Of a stretch of DNA of 64,000 nucleotides, positions 40,695 through 50,208 are shown piece after piece; positions within the stretch are counted from its first letter, which is position 1, and the number at the start of each line of letters is the position of its first letter. Both the position numbers and the translations under genes were made by a program. Origin of the DNA: Escherichia phage vB_EcoP_WFI101126. The stretch lies in sequence record NC_070991.1; one strand, given 5' to 3'. The notes under the pieces were generated by a model. It was given only the letters and a program-made list of their open reading frames with translations. It was not told the DNA's origin and made no database searches.

Positions 40695-42725
40695 TTAACC
40701 TCTATTCAATGAACATTTAGGAGAATTACAATAAACTTGATTCATAGAACCAAGCGTACAACTTTCAGCATCGCGCCACGGAATCTGCTTAAAACACTCT
40801 GAGCAGTATCCGAGGGTTGACCACATTGCTTTGGTGAAGTCAGTGCTTCGGTTTCCGTCGAAGCTGACAACAGTTTTGCGGAGAGCTGTTCGTGATTCAG
40901 GAAACACACCTGCTTTCTCAGCAGGTTCCTCCTTTTTTGGCTTAGTTGAGATTGCAAAAATACTGTTGCTACGTTTCTCAACATAAGCATCAACAACATC
41001 CTCCAGAGTGATGCCTGTCTGTTTCGCTGAGGAAGGTAATACAGTCATACGACCAATCATTTCTTCAGTTACACGTAAAGCAAATTCAGGACGACGGGAG
41101 TTTGTTGTATCTGTTGCTCTAATCCAGACATAACCATCTTTGATCGTAGCATTAGACACTTTCTTCTTTACATCTACAGCACAAACTTTACAGATATCTT
41201 CACCACGAAGACGACTAAGCTCTTCATCGAACTCATTCTCTGTTTTAACTTCACCGCAGATTTCACAAACACCAATAGGAGTTTCCTCCTCTTCTTCATC
41301 TTTAGGCTTAGTTAAACCTTCCAGACATTCAGGATGCCAGTAGCACTGATAAGCGAAGACTGCTTTAGGAGCATCTTTCCAATCAATGTGTTTATCGCAA
41401 CCACCACAATCTCCATGAGAGTGTGCTTCCCAGAATTTACGAGTGATAGTAACGCCATTATTGTTGACGAAACTATCATTCATATCAAAAGGGATATCAT
41501 CATCGAAGTCAGCAGTAGTAGACTCAGGCTCCTTTTTCTCCAGAGATGGGTCAACAAAACGACCTGCTGTGATCACTAAACGAACCATAGCATTAACTTC
41601 GGAGATGCAGGATACTGTCCCACGGTAAACAATCTTAGGGTCTTTCAGTGCGTCCTGATAAGCCTTAATGTCTACGTTATGAACATCACCTTCGATATAC
41701 TCTTGAGACTTCTCATCGTAGATATAACCAATCATCTTACCACGAGAAGGAACAGCACCAGCAGTTGCATAAGGAACGAACTCATGCGGAGTGATTTCCA
41801 CAGTCATATCGCGGCGAATGTCAATGTTTCGATCGCTTGCGATTTTGTTTTGACTTACCACTGCGTTTCTTCGACGAACGTCTGCTGCTGTCACTCCCGG
41901 CTTCGTGTCGTAAGGATTGCTTGTACTGCTTTTTGAGGAACTTTGATAGTTGCTTTGGCTGTAGTTGTTCGAGTAGTAACTGCCCCAACGATTGACTACC
42001 GTAAAAACCGGAAGCTCGTGGGCGACCTCTTCAACCAGAGTCATGCTGTTGTTTGACATATCAAAGATATACTCTGTACCAACTTTACATTCAAAATGCT
42101 CATCAATACGGTTCTTGTGAGATCTAGAACGCTTCAGAATCCACATCAACATGTCTTCTTCAGAAGCACCAAACCAATCTCTGTTACAGCGTGCTAGATG
42201 GAAAGGACGCTCTTCGTTACGGATGATATGAAGACGGTTATCAGAAGCATCATGCCAGATTAAGGTGAAAGCACCATCCAGCTTTTGAATAGTCTCTGCT
42301 GCACCAATAGTGTTAATAGAGTGGCAGATGTTCTCACTGTCTACCTCGAAGTTTTTGCTGTCAGGTAACAGGTCTTGGTCCATCAAGGTTCCGTTATGAA
42401 CCAGAGTGATGTTACCATGTTGGAAAGGATGGGCGTTCTTGGCGTTAACTGCACCTTTCGTTGCATGACGGCTGTGACCAACAATCCATGAAGGTGCTAC
42501 AGTGTAAGCTGTTTCACCAGTGGTGTGCTTCTTGTACTCATCTTGTAGGATGAATGCGAAAGAAGGAAGAGCTTCTTTATAAGTGAAGACTTCCTTAGTG
42601 CTTTTACGCTGACCAAAGATACCAGAGGAATGTTGTCCTCTGAATACTCCAGCATAAAAGAGTTGGTTAAATACGTCTAAATCAGTGCTTGACAGATTAC
42701 CGCCAGCTAATACGATGCCACAAAT
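40695..42725 (-). CDS. class-II (Ntn) glutamine amidotransferase with Cys-rich C-terminal extension; non-canonical start
   Basis: Frame open from 42728 to 40695; CGIV...RGQHSSGIFG...GHSRHATKG...NAHPF...HNG motifs all lie upstream of the first ATG/GTG/TTG (42386); ATT at 42725 is 7 nt after AGGTGGA and precedes the catalytic Cys codon. Confidence 0.7.
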   Translation of the reverse strand: MCGIVLAGGNLSSTDLDVFNQLFYAGVFRGQHSSGIFGQRKSTKEVFTYKEALPSFAFILQDEYKKHTTGETAYTVAPSWIVGHSRHATKGAVNAKNAHPFQHGNITLVHNGTLMDQDLLPDSKNFEVDSENICHSINTIGAAETIQKLDGAFTLIWHDASDNRLHIIRNEERPFHLARCNRDWFGASEEDMLMWILKRSRSHKNRIDEHFECKVGTEYIFDMSNNSMTLVEEVAHELPVFTVVNRWGSYYSNNYSQSNYQSSSKSSTSNPYDTKPGVTAADVRRRNAVVSQNKIASDRNIDIRRDMTVEITPHEFVPYATAGAVPSRGKMIGYIYDEKSQEYIEGDVHNVDIKAYQDALKDPKIVYRGTVSCISEVNAMVRLVITAGRFVDPSLEKKEPESTTADFDDDIPFDMNDSFVNNNGVTITRKFWEAHSHGDCGGCDKHIDWKDAPKAVFAYQCYWHPECLEGLTKPKDEEEEETPIGVCEICGEVKTENEFDEELSRLRGEDICKVCAVDVKKKVSNATIKDGYVWIRATDTTNSRRPEFALRVTEEMIGRMTVLPSSAKQTGITLEDVVDAYVEKRSNSIFAISTKPKKEEPAEKAGVFPESRTALRKTVVSFDGNRSTDFTKAMWSTLGYCSECFKQIPWRDAESCTLGSMNQVYCNSPKCSLNRG

Positions 42726-42804
42726 TTTCTAATCCACCTGAAGGGTAAACCCTTTCATCTAATTAACCTTTAAATTGTGCCCCTTTGTCAGAGGCACCCA
42801 TTGA

Positions 42805-43908
42805 TTACAGCGCTTGCTCTAACTGGTTTTCCAGATGGTCTGGAATGTACCCTGTGATATTACTATCACTGTGACCTGACTCACGTAGTAAGTCAAAAAT
42901 AGCACGGATACGTTGTTCTGGAGCGTGTCTTACTTGAGACAGGTCAGTTGTACGAAGCATAACCAGAATCTCTTGGTACAAGTTGTTAGCGTTCCCTCGG
43001 ACATACCCAAGGAATCCGTAGAAGTCTGACATATAACGTAAGTCAACAAGAACATCTCCGTTGGAGTTGGTTCTACGTAAACGAATACGACCAGACTGTT
43101 CTACTTCATGAGAACGGCAATACAAAACATCACGGGCCATACAATACCCTGAATGCAAATCAGATTCATCCAGATTGTAATCCAGAGGAAGGTAAGGAAG
43201 CATTGGGGCAAATCGTACAGTATTTAAGTGCTCAATAAACTGATCATTGCTCATATCTGCGTTATCTAAAGCCAGCTTCTTCAACATCAAGAAGCGGTTA
43301 ACCAGATTGAGAAGTTGACCACGTTTCCACTTAGGCTCACTGATACGGAACTCAATCGAACCGTATTGGGCAAGTGGCAGAAGGTTCAGGGATGTATACT
43401 TATCCCATGAACGCACCAGACGGTTGAAGAACTCTTCGTCGTCGTAGTTAAATGCGTCAGAGGCATTCATTACCTGTGCTTGTACCACTGCAAAAGCAGG
43501 GCAGAAGTTGCTACGGTAACGATGGTAGCCTGAACACTTGAACAACATCTTTTCATAGAAGGTCCAAGCGAGAATGGTTTTCTTGAGGATATTACTATCA
43601 GCATCCCTCATATCCATATGAACGTGAGTAGAGCAACGCCAAGTCCCCTCGGCGTGCGATTCAGCTACTGCTTCACTCAGGTTGTTGATAGCGTCTAACA
43701 ACTCCTGTCCGTTGTAAGGCCGTGAACATACCATTTCACAACCATTACGCAGGGAACCATCCTCTGTACAATCCCACATATCTGCTTCGATATGGTCGGA
43801 ACCTTCGAGTTCAAGTTCAATACCGACACCGCACTGAAGTGCAATTGAACTATGCGCCTCAGTTAAACGACCTTCTCGATACCCAAAAGTTTGCGCTACA
43901 GTTGTCAT
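42805..43908 (-). CDS. GCS2/YbdK-like carboxylate-amine ligase (glutamine synthetase fold amidoligase)
   Basis: GVGIELELEG near N-terminus and HVHMD motif as in YbdK (GIELE...HVHVG). Confidence 0.5.
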   Translation of the reverse strand: MTTVAQTFGYREGRLTEAHSSIALQCGVGIELELEGSDHIEADMWDCTEDGSLRNGCEMVCSRPYNGQELLDAINNLSEAVAESHAEGTWRCSTHVHMDMRDADSNILKKTILAWTFYEKMLFKCSGYHRYRSNFCPAFAVVQAQVMNASDAFNYDDEEFFNRLVRSWDKYTSLNLLPLAQYGSIEFRISEPKWKRGQLLNLVNRFLMLKKLALDNADMSNDQFIEHLNTVRFAPMLPYLPLDYNLDESDLHSGYCMARDVLYCRSHEVEQSGRIRLRRTNSNGDVLVDLRYMSDFYGFLGYVRGNANNLYQEILVMLRTTDLSQVRHAPEQRIRAIFDLLRESGHSDSNITGYIPDHLENQLEQAL

Positions 43909-44522
43909 AACGAATCCACCAACGTAATATTATAATTGCTAAGGTTTTCAGAAATGTGATGAAAGTGTTCCAGAAGTCTCATCGGTTGCTGACCGTAAGA
44001 GTCACGAGGTGCTTCCAGATCTACTTGCCCTACCAGTGCACCTTTATAATGCACCTTACCATCTGTAGGGTTGATATAAATATAACGAGTAACCAATCCT
44101 TCGAATTCAGGATTGAATAGACTGTAAACCATCTCCCCGGAGATAGCACGACCAACACCCGGAGCATTTCGAATCTTATTACCCATTAAGCCCTTTGCTC
44201 TCTGGCGAACAGGGTTAATATGAGTCCAGCTTACAGTGTTACCGTTATGGAACAGATAACCAACGTCAGGTGATTCAAGAATCAAGGTTGGGTCGAACAC
44301 TGGGATATTCATCGTAGTGTTTCGAAGATGCCCTTGCTCGTTCTTGTACCACTGCTCTACAACAAAGTACAGAGCCTGCTCTGCTTCGTGAGAGAAGTCA
44401 TCACTGCGGAAGTTACCGCTCTGCTCAACACCAATCACAAAACATGGAAGGTTGATATTACCTGCTCGTTTAGCAATCCATGTACCATTATAGTAATGAG
44501 AAAAATCAGCTACTAAGCTCAC
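43905..44522 (-). CDS. hypothetical protein (operon partner)
   Basis: 4-nt overlap with upstream gene suggests coupling. Confidence 0.4.
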   Translation of the reverse strand: MSLVADFSHYYNGTWIAKRAGNINLPCFVIGVEQSGNFRSDDFSHEAEQALYFVVEQWYKNEQGHLRNTTMNIPVFDPTLILESPDVGYLFHNGNTVSWTHINPVRQRAKGLMGNKIRNAPGVGRAISGEMVYSLFNPEFEGLVTRYIYINPTDGKVHYKGALVGQVDLEAPRDSYGQQPMRLLEHFHHISENLSNYNITLVDSL

Positions 44523-44531
44523 GATAACCTC

Positions 44532-45338
44532 TTATGCTACCTGAAGGAGTTTGATCTGCTGGTCCGCTTCTTTAACGTTGTTACCGTTAATGATTTCATG
44601 AAGCTTCTCAATCGGAAGGCGAGAGTGCAATGCCATCAGAGTGGACATGTCGCACTGCTGAACAACCTTGTCAACCTGATCGTAAACAAACTTACGGTTT
44701 TCACGATCGCTAATCCAGAAGTTAGACAGTGAACGGTATTCAATACCATAGTCTTTATAACGAATTGCAGATGCTTTACCGTAGAGTTCTTTACGGCGAG
44801 TATCTTTGTCCATAATTACTGCTGGGAGTGACAGGAAGTAGTCACACAGCACACCAAGCATCATCTGAGTTTGCAGAGTGATATCCAAAGCACCAACTAC
44901 GCCAAGATGTACGTGACCACCGGCAGTACGAAGCCCCTTGTTCTGAGAAGTTGGGGATGGGTTTTTCTGACCAGTGAAAGCGTTGAAGTCAGGAGTGCAT
45001 CCAAAGATGAACGCTGATTCATTAAAGGTCTTCATCTCTTCTTCGGTGAAGATGTGAGAGCTGACACCCGGAGCTGTTTCCATGTCCAGTTTGTTCAGGA
45101 CATTATTGGTAAGGTCAATACCACGTTGCATGTTATCGTTAAACGCTTCAAAACCACTCTGTGGGTCAATATCAAACTCAGCCAGTACATTGTCCTCTTG
45201 AAGACGAACATCCTTAGCCAGAGTGATCTTATCGTCCTTAGAACAACCTAATAGACCAGCTACAGAGGTGATGATACCGTTGCTAGTACGAACGAACATT
45301 TCAGGGTCAGAGCCGATGAGGAATTTGCGCTTAGTCAT
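44532..45338 (-). CDS. hypothetical protein, possibly second GS-fold ligase-like
   Basis: LIGSDPEMFV and GGHVHLGV loosely echo the GIELE / HVHVG motifs; weak. Confidence 0.35.
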   Translation of the reverse strand: MTKRKFLIGSDPEMFVRTSNGIITSVAGLLGCSKDDKITLAKDVRLQEDNVLAEFDIDPQSGFEAFNDNMQRGIDLTNNVLNKLDMETAPGVSSHIFTEEEMKTFNESAFIFGCTPDFNAFTGQKNPSPTSQNKGLRTAGGHVHLGVVGALDITLQTQMMLGVLCDYFLSLPAVIMDKDTRRKELYGKASAIRYKDYGIEYRSLSNFWISDRENRKFVYDQVDKVVQQCDMSTLMALHSRLPIEKLHEIINGNNVKEADQQIKLLQVA

Positions 45339-46302
45339 TGTAATACTCCACTAGTTCAGAAAAGAGAGATGAGATTGTGTTACCAACTTCTTCAGTAGTA
45401 AGGCCAGAACTTGGGCCAGTACGCTGAATTAGTCGGGCTGTAAAGTTTTGTACTGTAATGTTTTCCAACTTACTGTCTATTGCTTCACGTTTGTGACCAT
45501 GACAGTTGGACCAGAGTCTTAACCACTCTGACATTGTTTCATACTCGTCCGGGTCTTGATCTTTAGCACGAGCAAATCTTCGTAAGGCATCTTGGTTATG
45601 GTTACGAACATAACCATTCTCGTTGTCGCCAACACCGAAGGGATTTTGAACCCATACTTGCTTCGTATACTCATCAGAGTCTACAACCAAAGGAAGGAAT
45701 GCTGCTGCTGACATATTGTTATTAATAACAATAGAGGTGCTCTCGCTACTCCCATTGGCTCTTCCTCGTTGAGACCACCCACCGAAGAAGTCACGACCCA
45801 ACCCAGCTAACACTAGAGCTATGCCTATGCGTTTACGCTTCAGCCACTCTTCCTTGTCTTCAATTCCTTCTGCTAGGAAATCCATTCCACGATACTGCCC
45901 TTCCAGAATACTACGGAAAAGCATAAGTCCTGTGAAGATCTGATCTGCTGGATGCTCACGGAGGTTGACAGCAACACTATTTGCTGAAGTGATCGTAAAT
46001 ACGTCACGATAGCAAGACATGGAGTTCATAATGTCTGCTGTTTCAACCAAGTTCTTTTCAATATCAGATGCAACATGACCATGAAAAGAATGAGTCCAGT
46101 AATTCAACATCTCCAGTTGCAAGTTGATATCGCGGTTGAAGCTACGATAGCGCCCTTCTTCCGTGATAACTTCACCATTAATGTCATTTACACACTGGCC
46201 TTGCATGTAGTTGTGGATACCGAAGCACCCACGACCTAAGAACTTCTGTTCCCCTAAATCTTGTTGAAGATTAAAAGGTACGATCGTTGTGGAGATTGAC
46301 AT
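45331..46302 (-). CDS. hypothetical protein (operon partner)
   Basis: 8-nt overlap with downstream gene. Confidence 0.4.
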   Translation of the reverse strand: MSISTTIVPFNLQQDLGEQKFLGRGCFGIHNYMQGQCVNDINGEVITEEGRYRSFNRDINLQLEMLNYWTHSFHGHVASDIEKNLVETADIMNSMSCYRDVFTITSANSVAVNLREHPADQIFTGLMLFRSILEGQYRGMDFLAEGIEDKEEWLKRKRIGIALVLAGLGRDFFGGWSQRGRANGSSESTSIVINNNMSAAAFLPLVVDSDEYTKQVWVQNPFGVGDNENGYVRNHNQDALRRFARAKDQDPDEYETMSEWLRLWSNCHGHKREAIDSKLENITVQNFTARLIQRTGPSSGLTTEEVGNTISSLFSELVEYYND

Positions 46303-46312
46303 AACTAACCTT

Positions 46313-47506
46313 TTATTTTCCTAAAAATAATCCGCTCATAACACCATCCCACTCAGAGGACGGAATCACTGAATACTCCGAACTTTGGTCCAGAGTTCCA
46401 CTACTAAATCGCTGAACAATGTTGTAGATGTTGAACAGGTCTTTAGCCTCGGCACGAATGCCGTAGATTAACCTGTTAGCTGTTCTCTCATTTTTAGACA
46501 CGCGACGGGTAAAGTTAACCAAAAGATTATCACCTTTAAGTATCTCTGACCCATCTTTTACTAGATCGGGGTGCATCACTGGCAAGAACATTGAGTTGTT
46601 AACTCGCAATTCTGCTGTTTCGTCGTTCTCATAATGAATCCACTTAAAGTCTTCATCACGAAAGTGACCGCATCCATCTCTGTATGACTGTTGACGCCAA
46701 GGCACTTGAAATGCTTCAGCGTATTTATCAGCCATGCCAACCGTAAATAGTGACGCTGGGAAAATACAAGCATCCCAATCGTTACCAACCAGAGTTGCTT
46801 TCGTTTCTCCCAAGAGGTTGGTGTAAGTGCTAACCATTCGTGAATAAACGTAAGCCTGAAGAATTGTCCAGCCTTCAACCAACCATTTATGAAGGAAGGT
46901 TTCAACTTGACTCTCTTCATCTTCACAATAGAAGGTTCGATCTAACATCAAATAGAACAGACAACGATCAGCAGGAACATTCTCAGTTGCTACCCCCATA
47001 AAACCTTTCTCGTGCCAGCGTAAACAGGAGGGACGATCTTTGTCCACAAATGCTTCCATAGCTTCCAGTACAGCACGAGGTGTGGTTCGATGTTCAGGGT
47101 TTTTGTCGTTCCAACGTTCGATGTTATTTTTAAGCTCGCCTTCGTAATCAATAGCACCCCAACCTAAAGCTTCGGATACATGCTCTGCGTCACGCCAACG
47201 TCTAAAACCTAACATCTTCATGTGAGTTCCGGAGTTCCAGATATGCTTGATTTTACACATATCCATCTCTCGGCTTAACAGGAACTCTTCCCCATCAGCA
47301 CTACGAACGTTAGCTTCTTCATGCCACACTCGAACGTGCATATTCCACCCATGAGTTGCCTCATACATGTTAGGGTCGAAGTATTCATCTTCGTCATCAT
47401 CTTTATCAACGCCACCGTTATAGTTGCGAAGCTGAAGGAACCCATAACAAGGAGGGTTGACCGTTAAAACATTACCTTCAGTATCTTCTAATGTTACTGG
47501 AAACAT
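46313..47506 (-). CDS. hypothetical protein (operon partner, 397 aa)
   Basis: Long ORF, no recognised motif. Confidence 0.4.
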   Translation of the reverse strand: MFPVTLEDTEGNVLTVNPPCYGFLQLRNYNGGVDKDDDEDEYFDPNMYEATHGWNMHVRVWHEEANVRSADGEEFLLSREMDMCKIKHIWNSGTHMKMLGFRRWRDAEHVSEALGWGAIDYEGELKNNIERWNDKNPEHRTTPRAVLEAMEAFVDKDRPSCLRWHEKGFMGVATENVPADRCLFYLMLDRTFYCEDEESQVETFLHKWLVEGWTILQAYVYSRMVSTYTNLLGETKATLVGNDWDACIFPASLFTVGMADKYAEAFQVPWRQQSYRDGCGHFRDEDFKWIHYENDETAELRVNNSMFLPVMHPDLVKDGSEILKGDNLLVNFTRRVSKNERTANRLIYGIRAEAKDLFNIYNIVQRFSSGTLDQSSEYSVIPSSEWDGVMSGLFLGK

Positions 47507-47517
47507 TATACCAACCT

Positions 47518-47880
47518 CTATTGGTTTTTAATCAACTCAATCGACTTACGGATATAAAGGATATCTCGGAAATTTCGATAGTTGTTCATAAATTGATGCT
47601 TCTGGAAAGTAGCTTCTTCCAGAGCTTTCTTTGCTTCTGCGTAGTTTTTACGGGCAAGATGTACAACCCGCTCGGGTAACACATTTGCATGACGGATGAC
47701 ATACTTGTGAGCTTTCATGTTGCTTTGCTCACGAGCAATCTTACCTTTAGCAACTTTGATACCATTTGCAATCCAAGCAAGTTCTTGCTCAAGCTCATCG
47801 TTGGACATTCCACCGAGATTTGATGCAACCTTGTTCAGAGTTTCAATATTAACGTTGCCCTTAATGGGACGTGTATTCAT
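47518..47880 (-). CDS. hypothetical protein
   Basis: ORF track. Confidence 0.35.
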   Translation of the reverse strand: MNTRPIKGNVNIETLNKVASNLGGMSNDELEQELAWIANGIKVAKGKIAREQSNMKAHKYVIRHANVLPERVVHLARKNYAEAKKALEEATFQKHQFMNNYRNFRDILYIRKSIELIKNQ

Positions 47881-47882
47881 AC

Positions 47883-48029
47883 TTACTCCTGTTGTTTACA
47901 CTCGTCAATAACCCACTGATAAGTGGATTGCCCAGAAAAGAAACACTGAATAAATCCAGATGTTCTCTGCGTTACCAGTGCTAGTGCACAAATCACTACC
48001 GCTGCTGCTAGCAGTTTTAAATCTAATTT
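47883..48029 (-). CDS. small secreted/membrane protein
   Basis: MSKLDLKLLAAAVVICALALV signal-like N-terminus. Confidence 0.25.
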   Translation of the reverse strand, partial: KLDLKLLAAAVVICALALVTQRTSGFIQCFFSGQSTYQWVIDECKQQE

Positions 48030-48130
48030 AGACATATTTCCTCTCATTGAATTTAAAAAAGGACTCTCCGAAAAGAGCCAAGCTTTAAATCCAAAAAAGA
48101 TATTACCCAATATCTGTGGATAACCTGCTC

Positions 48131-48262
48131 TTAAAATATCTATCCGACGGATGTTCGAGGATTGTTCCTCTCCCTAGCATCGGCCCCATACGGGAAATAT
48201 ATTAAGATTAGGTTAGTTGAGTCAGAATAACTCACATAGCCCTCCGAAGAAGGCTATAGGCG
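48131..48262. repeat. conserved intergenic element, copy A
   Basis: Shares GGATGTTCGAG, CTCTCCCTAGC and TCACATAGCCCTC blocks with 54516-54640. Confidence 0.6.
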
Positions 48263-48271
48263 TTACTACAA

Positions 48272-48487
48272 CTAAAAATCACTTGATTTTACAAAATCAT
48301 CACTAAGGATTTCGTCAATCTCTTTGCTAGTCAAATCTTTCCTGAACCAGCAACAAGGAACATCCACCCATTGACCAGAGTTGTTTTCTACAGAGCATCT
48401 ATTGCCTGTCTTACTCTTGCACTTATAGGTTTTCCCTTTGTCTAGACGATAGTGTATTCTGTAAACGATCGACACAAGTGCTATCAT
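48272..48487 (-). CDS. Cys-rich hypothetical protein
   Basis: ORF track. Confidence 0.3.
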   Translation of the reverse strand: MIALVSIVYRIHYRLDKGKTYKCKSKTGNRCSVENNSGQWVDVPCCWFRKDLTSKEIDEILSDDFVKSSDF

Positions 48488-48744
48488 TACTCTATCCTAA
48501 CTGAAGGGCAGTATTTCTCTTTCTTGCTGCGATACATCACAACAATCCAGTTTGAATCACGACGCTCTTTCTTACGTCGTTTCTTTTCAGCACGAGTTTC
48601 ATATGTGCTAGTTCGGTGGTCACGGTATATTCCACGAAGTTCATGAAATGCCCAACTACCACCAAACACTACACCAGCCAAAGCAGCCAAAGGTAAGGCA
48701 CCAAGAGCAGGGGCAGTGAACCATGTCCACCAATTGAATGACAA
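48487..48744 (-). CDS. membrane protein with basic C-terminal tail
   Basis: TM helix then RAEKKRRKKERRD; overlaps 48669..48950. Confidence 0.3.
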   Translation of the reverse strand: MSFNWWTWFTAPALGALPLAALAGVVFGGSWAFHELRGIYRDHRTSTYETRAEKKRRKKERRDSNWIVVMYRSKKEKYCPSVRIE

Positions 48745-48950
48745 AAATTCTCATGTCCAAGGAGAGAGCCACCAATCATGGATAGTGCAGCGTATACAAT
48801 CCCTAACAGCAGCGTCAGTGCAATGAAGTGCATCACTGTACGCCAGAAGTATTCGCAAAAGTTAGTCATATTATCCCAATGAGGGTTGGGTAAACCTGAC
48901 ATGGTTTTGTTTAACTTATGCAACCATCCGTTCTTGTTAATCTTGATCAT
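48669..48950 (-). CDS. membrane protein
   Basis: TM helix; possibly one gene with 48487..48744 separated by a frameshift. Confidence 0.3.
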   Translation of the reverse strand: MIKINKNGWLHKLNKTMSGLPNPHWDNMTNFCEYFWRTVMHFIALTLLLGIVYAALSMIGGSLLGHENFCHSIGGHGSLPLLLVPYLWLLWLV

Positions 48951-49183
48951 TACTCACCTTTCTTGGCACGATCTTTGGCAGTTTTACCAGTGCGGATGCG
49001 ATGGGAAACGTTAACCAGAGTACCACCATCAACTACGGTAACGCTCTTGTTTTTAGCCAGATCAAACACAGTCTTCTCTGTGCCACCCAAGCGAATTTGC
49101 TTAGGCTCACTGAAGGTTTGGGTTGATTTAGATTGGAACTGGAACGGTTGACGGATTGCATCGATTGCGCTTACTTTAGACAT
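48950..49183 (-). CDS. hypothetical protein
   Basis: ORF track. Confidence 0.35.
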   Translation of the reverse strand: MSKVSAIDAIRQPFQFQSKSTQTFSEPKQIRLGGTEKTVFDLAKNKSVTVVDGGTLVNVSHRIRTGKTAKDRAKKGE

Positions 49184-49257
49184 AGGGGAAATTCCTTAAA
49201 AAGTTATGGCTGCGTAGAGGGAATTCCCTACGCAAATTGGGACGCCCACAGAGAGGC

Positions 49258-49275
49258 GTCATAGTACTAAAAGGA
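49258..49275. repeat. 18-bp conserved motif GCGTCATAGTACTAAAAG (copy 1)
   Basis: Identical 18-mer at 56743-56760; contains 8-bp palindrome TAGTACTA; followed by hairpin 49208-49229. Confidence 0.6.
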
Positions 49276-49417
49276 GGAGAGAAGAGGGATTATTTAGCTA
49301 CCTTTTTCTGTCCATTTACGAACCAGATAATTGAACCGTCAGGCTGTCGTTGACCGAAGCCTTTTTGGTTAATCATATCGTCATAAGAATATGCTTTACG
49401 TCTCATTTGTTTTCCTA

Positions 49418-49630
49418 TTAACAGGCGTAGTTACGTAGGTATACATGCCGATCTCTCAGCACCTCACCAAGAAAAGATTTGTAATCTTCTGTTATGCCAG
49501 AATAAAACTTCTCTTTAGCTTCTTCTTCGGACACTTTCCACAACTTAGAAAGTTGGTTGAACAAGATTTCCTCTGAGGAAAACAGTAGATAGGCATTCTG
49601 TATGAGTATGTCTTTCTCTTCTTGAGTCAT
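49418..49630 (-). CDS. hypothetical protein
   Basis: ORF track. Confidence 0.3.
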   Translation of the reverse strand: MTQEEKDILIQNAYLLFSSEEILFNQLSKLWKVSEEEAKEKFYSGITEDYKSFLGEVLRDRHVYLRNYAC

Positions 49631-49639
49631 AGACCACCC

Positions 49640-49885
49640 TTACATTAGAGTTAAGATGATCTCTGCTTTGGCAAACTTCTCACCAACTTCAAGAGTGTCA
49701 GAAACAGGACGAGGTTCGCCTGTGCCTAAATTAACTGCTCTGCGATATCCACCAGATAGAGGCATCATCAAATAAATGACCTGACTGTCATCATCTTTTA
49801 AAGTAAAGATGTCAGCGGTTGACAGATCTTTAACAAAGAGTTTCTTTTCTTCTTTGTTGTGAACCTTGATATGTATCGTGCTCAT
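49640..49885 (-). CDS. small beta-rich protein, multicopy family member
   Basis: L..DL...D.F...........NLGTG...P pattern shared with family. Confidence 0.4.
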   Translation of the reverse strand: MSTIHIKVHNKEEKKLFVKDLSTADIFTLKDDDSQVIYLMMPLSGGYRRAVNLGTGEPRPVSDTLEVGEKFAKAEIILTLM

Positions 49886-49887
49886 AC

Positions 49888-50139
49888 CTACTCCTGAACC
49901 ACAGACATACGAATCATCTCTACCTGATCATCAAGACTTTTAACAGATAGTACACCTGTAAAAAGGTTTACCACAGGAACCCAACCACTAGCTATACGGA
50001 TGTTACCAGAAGCATTTTCAACCCTCATATAATATTGAGGAGAAGCACTTCCGTTCTGAACTACGAAGGGGTTTCCGGGAATGATTGTTTCCAATCGTAC
50101 CGTATTATCCTTTTTCTTAGGGATGATTTTCATTAGCAA
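49888..50139 (-). CDS. small beta-rich protein, multicopy family member
   Basis: Family pattern. Confidence 0.4.
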   Translation of the reverse strand: MLMKIIPKKKDNTVRLETIIPGNPFVVQNGSASPQYYMRVENASGNIRIASGWVPVVNLFTGVLSVKSLDDQVEMIRMSVVQE

Positions 50140-50208
50140 TCACTCACTAAAAGTTCTGCCGACACAGGAATAACTTGGCACCAGCTAGACGGTGCTGTTA
50201 CGTTACCA

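Noticed and set aside
48115-48123. Consensus DnaA box (TTATCCACA on - strand)
   Set aside because: Single 9-mer with no clustered boxes or adjacent AT-rich unwinding element; about 0.5 chance occurrences expected in this window.
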